Shown one piece after another: positions 26,342 to 38,500 of a stretch of 64,000 bases of DNA; position 1 is the stretch's first letter; the number at the start of each line of letters is the position of its first letter. Source of the stretch: Euglena gracilis (Eukaryota); the NCBI GenBank assembly GCA_039621445.1, contig CP154954.1, positions 41,409,572 through 41,473,571 of the forward strand, in the 5' to 3' direction. A program made the position numbers and the translations under genes. Under the pieces are notes generated by a model. That model was not told where the DNA came from, ran no database searches, and saw nothing but the letters and a program-made list of their open reading frames with translations.

Positions 26342-27993
26342 CGGTAGACTGGGGGGGGGGGGTAGTGGGTAGTCGGCCGACTAGTCGGCCGACTACCCAA
26401 TTGGTCCACCGACTAGGCCTAGTCGGTAGCTAGTCGGCGAGACAGGGGGGGGGTAGTGGGTAGTCGGCCAACTAGTCGGCCGACTACCCACTCTAATGTA
26501 CTAACGGGTCAAAACCGCCGACTTTTAAGCCCCCCCCCCCCATGAACAAAATCCAATGGAAACTAGTCGGTGGCTAGTCGGCGGTCATAAAAATGGTCTG
26601 TGGCGGGCCCAAATCACCCGGAAATGGTCCGGATGGGTCCAAATAAGTGTCTTACGCCTAAATAAACACCCCCAGATGGAAATCTTTGGTCAGTGGGGGG
26701 TCGGTGGGCCCTTGATGGGGGTCCGGAGGGGTAAAAAACCAATGATGAAAAAGGGATTACATTAAAATCCTTTAGAAATGCAATCTGCAATCTGCGTTCT
26801 GCATCACGAGAGGCAGAAAACTCCCCCCTCCACCCCAATCCGAGACTCAAATAACAAAATCCCTTCTGTGTTGGCAACATACCACCTCCCCCCCCAACAT
26901 ACCAACCCCCCTCCCTCCCCCCTCATTGACCGTGGGACCTCTCCACGGGACCCCCCTTTTGGTCAATTAGGGGGGGGGTTCAATTAGGGGGGGTCACCGT
27001 AAATTTGTGGGGGGGTACCATCAATTAGGGGGTGCTTCAGCACGGAATCCCCCGGGTAGTCAATTACTTTGGCATAGGCGGGGGGGGGCTCCGCCCCCCC
27101 CGCACCCCCCCCCTCAAATAACAAAATCCCTTCTGTGTTGGCAACATACTCCGGGGTAAGTCGTTTTTGTGGCTCACTTTGGCATAGGCGGGGAGGGCTC
27201 CGCCCCCCCCCGCACCCCCCCCTCAAATAACAAAATCCCTTCTGTGTTGGCAACATACTCGGGGGCTAAGTCGTTTTTGTGGCTCACTTTGGCATAGGCG
27301 GGGGGGGCTCCGCCCCCCCCCCGCACCCCCCCCCCCTCAAATAACAAAATCCCTTCTGTGTTGGCAACATACTCGGGGGCTAAGTCGTTTTTGTGGCTCA
27401 CTTTGGCATAGGCGGGGGGGGCTCCGCCCCCCCCGCACCCCCCCCCCTCAAATAACAAAATCCCTTCTGTGTTGGCAACATACTCGGGGGCTAAGTCGTT
27501 TTTGTGGCTTACTTTGGCATAGGCGGGGGGGGCTCCGCCCCCCCCGCCCACCCCCCCTCAAATAACAAAATCCCTTCTATGTTGGCAATAGACTTGGAGG
27601 GATAAGACCCTTTTTTTGTGCAAATTTTGACTTATATTGAAAATTCAATGGGGAGAGGTGTACTTTTGTCAAAAGTGGCCCAAAATGGACATTTTCCCCC
27701 AATTTTTTTGCATATTCACCCCCGATTGGGGGGTTCTGGAGCCATTTGGGTGGGTATTGAACGGCGTTGAGGTGATTTAGACAAAAATTTTTTCCCAGGG
27801 GGGGGCTTAAAAGTCGGCGGTTTTGACCCGTTAGTACATTAGAGTGGGTAGTCGGCCGACCAGTCGGCCGCCTACGCCATCCCCCCCCGCCGACTAGCTA
27901 CCGACCACTTAGTCGGCCGACTAGTCGGCCGACCAATTGGGTAGTCGGCCGACTAGTCGGCCGACTACCCACTCCCCCCCCCCCAGTCTACCG
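26342..27993. mobile_element. Non-autonomous element with ~200-bp TIRs rich in the AGTCGGCCGACT palindrome and an internal ~120-bp tandem array
   Basis: 26342-26540 is inverted at ~27797-27993; 4-5 units containing CTCAAATAACAAAATCCCTTCTGTGTTGGCAAC at 27065-27590; no TSD seen. Confidence 0.8.
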
Positions 27994-28048
27994 TTTGGCA
28001 CTGGAAACACCCCCAAGGGGGAAACGTCAATGGGAAAAAGACCTGCAC

Positions 28049-28269
28049 AGGAGGCACAGTGAGGGAGGATGCGGGTGGTTTGTCTGGTATCGAGCCAAGC
28101 CATACGTCTTGATGATTTTGCGCAGGTCAATCCAGAAGCGCCCGAGGTGCTTCAGCTCAGGGTCAATCACAGGGAGAGCACAGTCCCGGGGCCGGAAAAG
28201 GGAAGCCAGCAACGGACTGGCACAGATTGAAGGGACAGAGGAGTCCGCAGTCACATCTTCCATTGTCAT
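28049..28269 (-). CDS. CCCH zinc-finger (putative RNA-binding) protein, first coding exon
   Basis: MTMEDVTADSS...VIDPELK...TYGLARYQTNHPHPPSLCL; a pyrimidine tract and CAG acceptor lie 11 nt upstream of the ATG. Confidence 0.85.
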
Positions 28270-28280
28270 TGTGGTGATTT

Positions 28281-28312
28281 CTGCAAAAAAAACAACACAA
28301 CAAAACAACAAA
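28281..28312 (-). promoter_or_regulatory. Polypyrimidine tract and AG acceptor (cis-splice or spliced-leader trans-splice site)
   Basis: TTGTGTTGTTTTTTTTGCAG| just upstream of the start codon. Confidence 0.55.
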
Positions 28313-29031
28313 GTCACATCCAATTTCAATGTTTGAAAGTTCGCCAGCTTCAGGTCGGGGGTGGCAATACAGCAAGAAGTTCCAAAATGCGAATAAAAAT
28401 GGACCTCACACCCCCTGCCAAAGCTCATGGGGTTTTTGACGTGATTTTTTGGTGTTTTCTGTGGGGGAGCACGCCGTCGGCCAGATGTGTGCGTCAATTT
28501 CCCTTCAACGTCATGTTCATGGTTCGTGGAGGCTGCAATTTTGCCCATTTTTCCACCATCTTTTGTCAATTTTGCCAATTATGGAATTTTTTTTAGACCA
28601 ATTCTGACCAATTTGGCATATTTTTGGGTCATTCTGTGGTCATCGTGAAGGATTTTCATCTAAAAAGCATTCAAATGACCCAAATTTGCTGAAATGGTGT
28701 CCCATTTTCAATGAACTGGCAAAATTTACCATCCCCCCCCCCCCCGGAGCTATTCCCGTCCCCGGGAACAACGGGAACAGTACCCGAGCTATTCCCATAC
28801 CCGAGCCACAGGCAACCCAAAAGGGGTCATTTTTGGCAACTTTTTGGATGTTCGTAAAAAAAATGGTCAATTTCCAGCACATTTGCCAAAAAGTAATTTT
28901 TGAAAACGTCCAAATTAGGCAATTCATAATTCATAATTTTGAGGAGCAAACTCCTGCTTTCATGTGTAAATCTAATTTTGAGTGGCAAATGTGTGAAATA
29001 CTGAAATTTGAGCGATAATACCTCAAATTTC

Positions 29032-29479
29032 GGTACTTGTCTGTTATCGCACGACGCACCCCCCCCCTTTTGGTTATCGCACGACGCCTTCCTTTCCTCT
29101 TCCGGTGACTGTATTGGGTTATTGGGAGGAATGGGGTTAGGGTTAGGACCTGTCGTTGTGAACTTTTCGCCCCGTTTCGAGTTCGGCCAAATTTAGGCAA
29201 ATGTCCTTGTTTCTCCATGTTCTTTCAGGGATGGCAAATCCCCCTTCCGGGCCAAACGGTCGGCGGCCTTTATCTTTCTTTTTCCCTGCTGGTCTGCCGC
29301 CTTTGGGTTTCCCTTGTGTGTGCCAAGGGGTACGGCAGGGCCTCTCCCTTCAAAATAACCACAAAAACCACCCAAAACGGTTGAAAGAGACCCCAAGGGA
29401 AAGCATTCTGGCCGTTCCAAGGGCGTCGTGCGATAACCAAAAGGGGGGGGGGTGCGTCGTGCGATAACAGACAAGTACC
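29032..29479. mobile_element. MITE with ~57-bp TIRs, Merlin-like
   Basis: TIRs begin GGTACTTGTCTGTTATCGCACGACGC; perfect 8-bp TSD CAAATTTC (29024-29031, 29480-29487). Confidence 0.85.
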
Positions 29480-29619
29480 CAAATTTCAAACCTCAGGACA
29501 TGGTAATACCTAATTGAGTGTATCAATGCCCAAGTTTGAGTGGCAAATTTCTAATTAATGAAAATGAAACGTTTTTTGATTTGAGGGCACAGTAAATATG
29601 TGAATTTGCCTGTCAAAAT

Positions 29620-30045
29620 TCATAGCTGGCACACCAAATTGGGCATTTGCAACTCAAAATTCACTCAAAATACGGAATTTATTTGTCAAATCAGGCATTT
29701 TGCTTCTTGAAATCAGGAAGTTGCACACCAAATTAGGCATTCGACACTAAAAATGAAGATTTTGCACACCAAATCAGGCATTTGCCACTCAAACTTAGGA
29801 GTTTGCACCTAAATTAGGCATTTCCCCCTCAAATTTGGACCAAATTAGGAATTTTTCATCCGAAATTTGAAACTTGCACACCAAATTAGGCATTTACCAC
29901 TCGAAAATTAAGGATTTGCACACAAGATTAGGCATTTGCTACTCAAAAATTAGGAATTTGCACCTGAAATTTGCACTAAATTAAGAAATTTCCATCCAAA
30001 ATTTGGAACTTGCACACCAAATTAGGCATTTGCCACTCAAAATTA
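29620..30045. repeat. Degenerate ~40-bp minisatellite
   Basis: Recurrent GCACACCAAATTAGGCATTTGCCACTCAAA. Confidence 0.8.
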
Positions 30046-30949
30046 GCTGGACAACGTGGCTTCCCTCACGCCGTCGGCCAGCCGTGTGCTCCCCCTGTTA
30101 TTTTTAGAGGTAGGGATCGGGGTACGATTGTCGTTAATTAAGGAAGGGATTGGGGGGAGGGTTGGGCCAAAGTCAGGAGATGAGGCAGAATTCGGGTGTA
30201 AAATTAATATCAAACCAAGAACAGTGTTTTGGGCCAAGTTTTAGGGGGGCCAGGGGGCAACCATGGCACCTTCGGCGCTGCGGTCCTGTCCCCAGGCTCC
30301 CCCTAACGCTTGGCCCAAACACAGTTCTTGTCACATATCCTGGTTGGGAGAAAGCAAAAGCACCCAAAAAGCTGCTGCACAGGGGTCCCGAGACCCCCCC
30401 CCTTCCCATCTCTGCCTTATTTTCAATGGCCAGGTATACGTCAGGACATTCAAGAAAAAAAGGGTCAAAGGCTGATTTTTTTTTTCAACGCAATCCAGTT
30501 GGGTTTTTTTCTTATCCACCCGCCCCCCTACACATGGCCATTTTCGGGACCCCCCAACCCCCGTGATGCCAACCGGGATAAGGAACCGGGATAAGGATAA
30601 AGTTCACCAGGGGTCCACAATCCAGTCTTGTGGCTGGAAATTTTTTCCAGGCCTTTTGGGGCCAAAAATTGCGATCTTCAGTGTAAAAATTCTGTCTGTC
30701 TCAGGGGGTGAGCTTGAAACATCACAAAATGCCGTTCAAATTTGGAAAAAATCATTGTCCTTTTATTCCTGTCGGGGGGAAAAGACAAACAGGACAATTT
30801 GCGAAAAATTTGGTGGTTGTCCATGGTTAACGCTCAAACTCTGGTTAAGGGTTGGTAAGTAATGTGAATGATGAAGTGATTTCAAGGCCCCAAGGAATGC
30901 GGCTTGTCAATCCGCGAACCACGTAAGAAAACGCGCAAAATTTCTGATT

Positions 30950-31600
30950 CCTAACTAAAATCGGAAAGCTCTTCTGGATGCGGTCCGTTCAATTGAAAGC
31001 CTGGGCTCGCTTGTCTTATGCGTCACACTCCGTCTTGTATTCTCAATGCCACAAACTCACCAGTAAGGAAGGAGAGCAAGGTGACCCTTGGGGCCGCTCT
31101 TCTCCGCCTTAACATGGAAAGATAACGATGGTCGCAAGCATTTCCATGTCATTGTCTACATGATCCCAAAACTTTGTCGGCCCAACGTCGTACCGTACTG
31201 GCACACAAAAGGACCCGCATAATACAAAGGAGGTTAGGCAGGGGTGGGGGGGGCTCCACCCCTAAAGGAATTTCATGGAGAAACTTCACGGTGAAGTTCA
31301 CCGGTGAAGTTCGTCCATGTATTTCCAATGAAGAGGGGGGGTCCCGCCCGAAAAACCCAAAGTTCACCGCCTGATTATCTCCAAACTTCAAAACAACAAG
31401 GAGTGCAAAAAGCCGCTCGAAAGAAGCAAATGACACAACCACCAATTTTAAATTTTACTTGAGGCATTTGCTTTGCACGTGGCCACTGCAGGGCAAGGCC
31501 ATACTTAGCATAGATTTCGGCGCATATCTCAGAGCTAAATCCAATTACCGCACGCACCACTCTCTCATTTCCATGCACTCGCTGTCCCCACCAAGCGACG
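30950..31600 (-). pseudogene. Possible relic of an ISL2EU/Harbinger-like DDE transposase
   Basis: Colinear fragments VRAVIGFSSEICAEIY, RLFALLVVLK, GPTKFWDHVDNDMEMLA and NGPHPEELSDF resemble that family's motifs; heavily disrupted. Confidence 0.3.
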
Positions 31601-32424
31601 TTTTTGGGAGGTAGTCGAAAAGGAAGGCACTCTGCCGAGGGACTCCTGAGGTACTTGGACCAGGGGACGGACTTCGAGTTGTGTTCAGGGGTTTTCCATC
31701 TGCAAAATGCACAGAAAAGGATTGAAAACCCACCAGCCAGCATTGTGTTCCCGCCCGTGGGCGCCCGAATTGTTTCAAAACGGCTTTCCGGCTTTTCGAC
31801 CGCTGCGAGCGGCGAAAAAGCCGTGGAAAACGGCTGAAAAGCCGTGTTGAACGGCGAAGATGCCGTTTCTCCGTGCCCTTTTGGCGGAAAAGCCGTTTGG
31901 CCGGCGGCACTGGCGCAAAAGCCGGCTTTTTGTACTCCGTCGCGGAAAACCGACAAGGAAGGAAGGGACACCGCGGGCGAAGCACAAAGGCCTTGGGAAA
32001 CCGAGGCCCCCCCTTCTCTCTCCGCCGGCCCACGACGCAAAAAAAAAGCCCATTTCCTTTGCTGTGGCCTTTTTTTTAACATGGCTGGCTTTCCCCGTTT
32101 GTTTCGACAACATATTTGCCAACCCCTCAACTAACAAGGAAAAGCAACTCTCATCGCAAAGTGTTCGGGACAAAGTGCGGGACAAAACTGTTCTGGAGTT
32201 CTGGGACAAAAGTGCGGGACATCTCAAAAGAAGGGTTGCTGTCACTGCTGTGCCTCCGCCACTTTGTTCTGCAACGAGTGCAGTATAAGCTCTTGAAAAG
32301 CAGAAGCGTATATCGGGCCGAATTGCACCATTTCTCGTTCAGCTGTCGGGCAGGGAAAAAAATTCCTCTACGAAAAAGAGGGGTCCAAAATGAGGCTCAC
32401 AACCAGAACAAAACATGCATTGCA

Positions 32425-32740
32425 CACATGGTGGCCATCATGGGGCATGATGGCAGATGGCCATCCTGGGTTGTGATGGCCATCAAGGGTCATGATGGAC
32501 ATCAAGGGTCATGATGGCCATCACAGGTCATGATGGCCATCAGGGCCATCAGGGGTCATCATGGCCATCATGGATATTGATGGGCATCAAGGGTCATGTT
32601 GGCCATCATGGGTCATGATGGCCATATGGGTCAGGATGGCCATCATGGGTCATTATGGCCATCGTGTCATGAATATGGGTCAAGATGGGCATCATGGATC
32701 TTGATGGCCATGGGTTGTGATGCACCTCATGACAACCATG
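32425..32740. repeat. Degenerate tandem repeat (CATGATGGCCATCA-type)
   Basis: Directly visible. Confidence 0.85.
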
Positions 32741-32883
32741 GACAGAAAAATGGCCCTAAAGTGCTAAGTGGGGGGCGAAAAAAACAAAAAAAGCAAATGT
32801 CCCCAAACTGGAAAAACCAAATCCAACAGAAACATTTTTTTTCAAGAGCTTTGATGGAAGGAATTGAACAAACTCTTTACAAT

Positions 32884-33232
32884 CAGGGGTTTTTTCAGAC
32901 GGGGGGGGAGGGGATCGGCAGACAACCACCAAAATGGCCAAAAATGCATGAAATTGCACCTCTTTCAAAATTTTCGAGGCCAGAAAAGATACACCCACCA
33001 GCCCGTACCCCACCCCCCCAGTGGTGGGGGGCAGGGGGTCCAAGGGCCACCAAAATTGGCCAAAAATGCATGAAATTGCACCTCTTTCAAAATTTTCGAG
33101 GCCAGAAAAGATATACCCACCAGCCCGTACCCCACCCCCCCAGTGGGGGGGGGGGGCAGGGGGTCCAAGGGACCCACCCACCCCACCCCGTCCCCCCCGG
33201 GGAGGTGTCCAAGGCTTAAAAAAAAACCCCTG
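32884..33232. mobile_element. hAT-like MITE with an internal ~120-bp direct duplication
   Basis: Termini CAGGGGTTTTTTT...AAAAAAACCCCTG; TSD TTTACAAT/TTTCCAAT (7 of 8); same end type as 6926-7159. Confidence 0.75.
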
Positions 33233-34774
33233 TTTCCAATCTCCTACGTTCATGGGGGAACCCATGGTCAGGGACCATAGGCCACTGTAGAACGGCTGGT
33301 TCAACATCAGGCTTTTGCTCAAGGACCTGGGGGGGGGGGGTAATCGGCTGGACTCTGGAAAAAAAACGGACTTGCTAGACCCTCCCCCTCCACCCCCCGG
33401 TCCGGGGGTCCCCCCAACTGGAAAAAAAATTTTCCTCCGAGGTGGAAATGAGGTTTTTAATCGGTCTTTGGCTGATTTTGTTCCAAAAATTCCCCAAATT
33501 GGACTAGCTGCAGTCCAGCAGTGTACGTCCAAAGCTTTCCCTTTTCCCCTTTTTGGGACTTTCTGTAAAAGCCTTTCGCTTTCGCCTTGGTGCGCAGCCT
33601 ACTTATGGTAGGGAAAAGTCTTTGGAGTAACGAAAAGTGGTTTTCCCCTTTTCTTCCCAATTCCCCAAGAAGCAAAGCACAACGCAAAGACTCAGAAGTT
33701 TCTTCTGAGATCAAGTTCGACTGTTCCGAGGGTTTTTCCCTCTGACAAAACCAATGGTCAAACTTGGAAGTGATGACAGTGAAGAATACCACCTGTGGGG
33801 GAAGGAGAGAAAAGTGCTGACGTGTCCAGGGGCAGATCCCAGAAGGGTCTGCCACGATCTTACCAGCTGTGGTTTTCCACAGTGGTGCGACCGTCACAGA
33901 ACCCACTCTGCAGATATCCTACAGAGCTGGGACGTGCCTGGTACACATCCCCCTCCCAGGGCTACGCCCGATTTCCTTCTTGGACCAGGGTTTCCCAGTC
34001 CAGTCAGGATATCTGACGCTGCCCCAGGTGGGGTTCACTTCTCCATTCGGTGTCTCTCCTTTCCGCACAGTGGCATCCACCCAAAGCCCAAAAACGCGCA
34101 AAAGGTTAGCCGCGTTTCGCGGTTACCTATTAGCCGTTTCGGCTTAGGTGGGGTGTGAAAAAGCCCACTGTGGGAAACGGGGCTTGGCAGGTTTCCTGAC
34201 AAAGTGTCCCATCCACCCACTTTGGGTGTGCCAAAGGCACGCGGGGTTGGTCAAGCGATTCGCTGAAAACCCGAGGGGAGAGGTGTGGAAGGCAGGGCAG
34301 GCTCCTATCCTGGTCATACCCGGATAGGGCTCCTAGGCGGTCATATCCGCACTAGGAAACAAAAGCCTACTTACAAAACCGACTGCCGGCGACAGCTTTG
34401 CTGGGGTGGGGGGAAAGTAGGGAGACGAGGGGGGCTGGCTTAGGCCAGAACAGAATTTCTGCTGTCTGGCAGCCTTAAGCGGCCTTATTGGCCGAAAAGT
34501 GACAAGTTGGCCTATTATTACGGCGTGTGCGCTGTGTGCTGTGTATCACTTAGCGGCTTGCAGGTTTCCCGGCTGCCAAGGTCTTCACAGCAGTAGCTCC
34601 TTCACGACGCAATAAGAGGCGATTACCTCTTGCAGACAGTTTCCGTCCGCGTGGCCATTGATAGGGGGGTGTGGGCGGTGGGGGGAGGGGCTCTTGGATG
34701 CTTCCATCCAGAGCGCAGAGTGTGTGACACAGACCCAGGTTCATCCCAGGGCTGAGCGTTTCCGCCAGTGTACA

Positions 34775-35436
<662 letters not shown>

Positions 35437-35587
35437 ATGGATGTCCCGGCTCCATGAAGGCACTTACCTTACATGAGCCTGGTAATGCCGTTTCGGCATT
35501 ACATCCGTTCCAGCCGCCAATAATCATGGCGGGAGTCCAAGGGATCTTCCACAAGGACCATCTGGAATTGTGGTGGTGGTGGCCTAT

Positions 35588-38500
35588 CTACGAGCCAGGT
35601 TTCTGGCGATTCGTATTCGAAATCAGGTGCCACCCAGTCCCGAACCCATCCTTCGGGGACTGTGTGCTTGGTTGCACTCGCTCTTTCCGCGAGGAACCAT
35701 TGCAGCTTCTCCCAGAATTTCCTGGGCAGAGTGCTGGCCAGATGAAGTAGTTCATCCTTGGGTGATTGGCTGACACCTGCGGGGCATTCCCCGGGTGGAA
35801 GTCAATCGGCATGTGATAGGCGCATTCCGCCCGGACTGTATGGGGTCGTAATACGGCCCCAAGCCAGTCTTTCCAGGTCATCCCGTGTTTTTCGGGTGGC
35901 CATTGTGGCAAGCACCAGCGACCGTTTCGGTCCTGGTTTTGGAACAGGCGGAAAAGTATCTTTTCCCTGTCTGCTGTCTCCCAGAGGTAAGGTAATCTTA
36001 CCCCTGCCTCCTCAGCAGCGAGGCGTATCGCCCCACTGTCGATCTGCCACCCACGGGCCATTCCCGTGTGGCGGTAGTCGTCGAGCTTGAGGTTGGCATA
36101 CTTGAAAAAGTCCTTGAACTTTTTGTTCAAGGTGGAGTATTCCTCCAGTGGCTTCTCGGCACTTGGCACGATTGTGCGTACTGCGCCTTCCGCAGTGTGC
36201 CAGAAGGTACCTCGAAGGCAGTTGACGCAGAGAACTGGTACATTCGTACCGTCTCGGTCTGTGTAGCTGAAATTGTGCTTGTGGGTCCAACTGTCCACGC
36301 ACTTGGCGCATACCAAGGCGGCACAGTTAGGGATGTATACATCCTTGTGGAACGATTTCCGATCCACAGGGTTGCACACATGGACGAGGGGTAATCCCAG
36401 GTCAAGTGCACTGTTGTACATCTTGTGGCATACAGTGCAAAGCCACACAAAACGGTTTTCCGTTGTTTTGTCGATGAGGAATTCCTCACCGAAGAATTGG
36501 GCCAAAACACGGGGGGATCTGGAATTGTAATAATTCCAGGTCACATTCTGATCAAAGGACCATTTCCGTCCCTGACAGAACAGTGGCTCAATCCACCGGT
36601 TAAGGCATTGCTGTGTCCTCAATTTATGTGCAATCATCATGTACCTGTTTTTCAGGTCATGAATGTCAGGGTCATCCTGATTGATCGCGTTCCAGTCGAG
36701 GACAACTTCGTCTTCTGAAGGTGTCTCGGCTGTCGAGGCGCGGGATTTTCCCTGCCCCTTTGTCGGAGGTTTCGGCTGTGAGGTTTTCCCATAGCCGGAT
36801 GACGTGACATGCGTGAATCCTTGTCCCGAGGTTAATCCCCGAGAAGAGGATGCAGCACTCTGGCCGCCAGCACCACCACCGCCTTTCGGTGGGGGCTGAT
36901 CACCAGATTTCGGTGTGGGTTTGCAAGGTGTGGCGCCCGGTTTACTTTTCGCCGGGGCCTTCGGGCTTCCGGTTTCCGGAGTCTCCGAGGGTCGGCGTCT
37001 CGTTTGCTTGCCCACGTGCGTGGTGACGCTTGGGACGGGGGTCTTTTCCCCGACGCCGAACGTCGATGACCTTCAGCAGGGGTTTCCCGAGCTGATGGTC
37101 GTCCTACACGCTCCTTCGCGGCTCCCGAAGGTTTCCCAGGGGTAGCCGTGGGGGATGGTGTTGGTGTAGGCCTAGCCTGTGCACTTCGCGCTGGCTGAGC
37201 CTGTGGTGGAGGCATGGACGCCCGCTCGGCCTGTTTTTCAGGCGCCGGTGTCCGTGTGCCTTGACGCTTCTCTGCCGTGACTGTGGCTGTACCATGAGAT
37301 ACGGGTTCATCCCGTGCCTCCGGTGGTACCGCCGGTGTCGATACAGGTTCATCCTGTACTGACACGGCTGGTGTTGTCTCCACAGTCATTGCCGTCTGTT
37401 CGCCTTCCGTCCGTGTCGCTTCCGACACTGGCGGTGGCGCTGCCGTTGGGGACGGTCCCTACTCCACCATGGCTGCAGTGTCAGCTGTGTCTTCCGTCAG
37501 CTGGGCAGTTTCCGCCGCAGCTGTGGAAGAACTGGCCGCAGTGCCACGTGGAGTGACTACTGCGATCAGTGACCGTAAACCACCGAGTACGCGTCCGCCC
37601 AGCGAGGTGCGTCTCTCCTCACCTGAAGTGGGCTCCTCGGCTGGCTCCTCTGTTAACGGGGTTTCCCCGGAAACAGGGAGCTTGAGGCGTAATACCTCAG
37701 GCGTGTGGGGTACCGTTTCCGGCGGGTTTTCCCGCGGAGGGGTTGGTACACCCGCTGTACCCAGTGAGGCTGGTGATAGAGGGACAGGTGTCATTTCACC
37801 TGCTTGTGATCCTGGGTGTTGGGCGGTTTCTGCCACAGTATCCAGCATCACGACGGATGGGCTACGTGTTTCCCGTGCCGGAGGTTCCGCTGGCTGAGGT
37901 TGATCCTCGGCCATTGGGACCACTTCCTCCTCCTCCTCCTCCGCTTCCGGAGAGAATTCGGCTGCGTGTAGCTGTGCTGCAGAACGCGGGTCTTTCCCGC
38001 TCCTGTAGCACCCTTGTGCGTTTGACAGGCGGAAAAAGCTAATACTTTCACTCCTGTCAGAGTTGGGGTATGGGGGTAGGCCACGTCGCTCTCCCCCAGC
38101 TTTCGGGTGGAGGCTGTGGTTGATCATCGTCGATCAAGCAAAGGTCTTCCCACTGCCGTCGACAATGGTCAGTCACGCCAAACTCTCCTGTTTCTTCCAG
38201 GAATGCTGGCAGTGGCAACGCGTAACGAGGGACTTCCCCTTCGTGCGCCGCGAAAAACATCTGAAAATCCTCCCATATCAGGATATTCCCGAATTGGGTA
38301 TCCAGGTGTTCCTGGAGACCGATTTCGGCCTCTTCCCAGTCTGGTCGCAGGTTCATCCTGCGCTGGTCTGGGTCATTGGGTCTGGCGTTCACCTCCATAT
38401 ATCCCCGAGGCAACCACTTTCTGTGGATTTCCACATCGGCGGTCATATATTCCAGGAAATATATGTAGACCTCCAGGACGTAGGTAATCCACGCCCTGTG

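Larger units (their letters stand above)
22538..28048 (-). other. 5.5-kb nonconventional/intermediate intron hosting transposons
   Basis: 5' GTG-CAGGTCTTTTTC pairs (with G-U) with 3' GAATGAGATCTG-TTGGC; removal gives PPSLCLLYQEGRC, the exact C-x7-C spacing. Confidence 0.8.
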
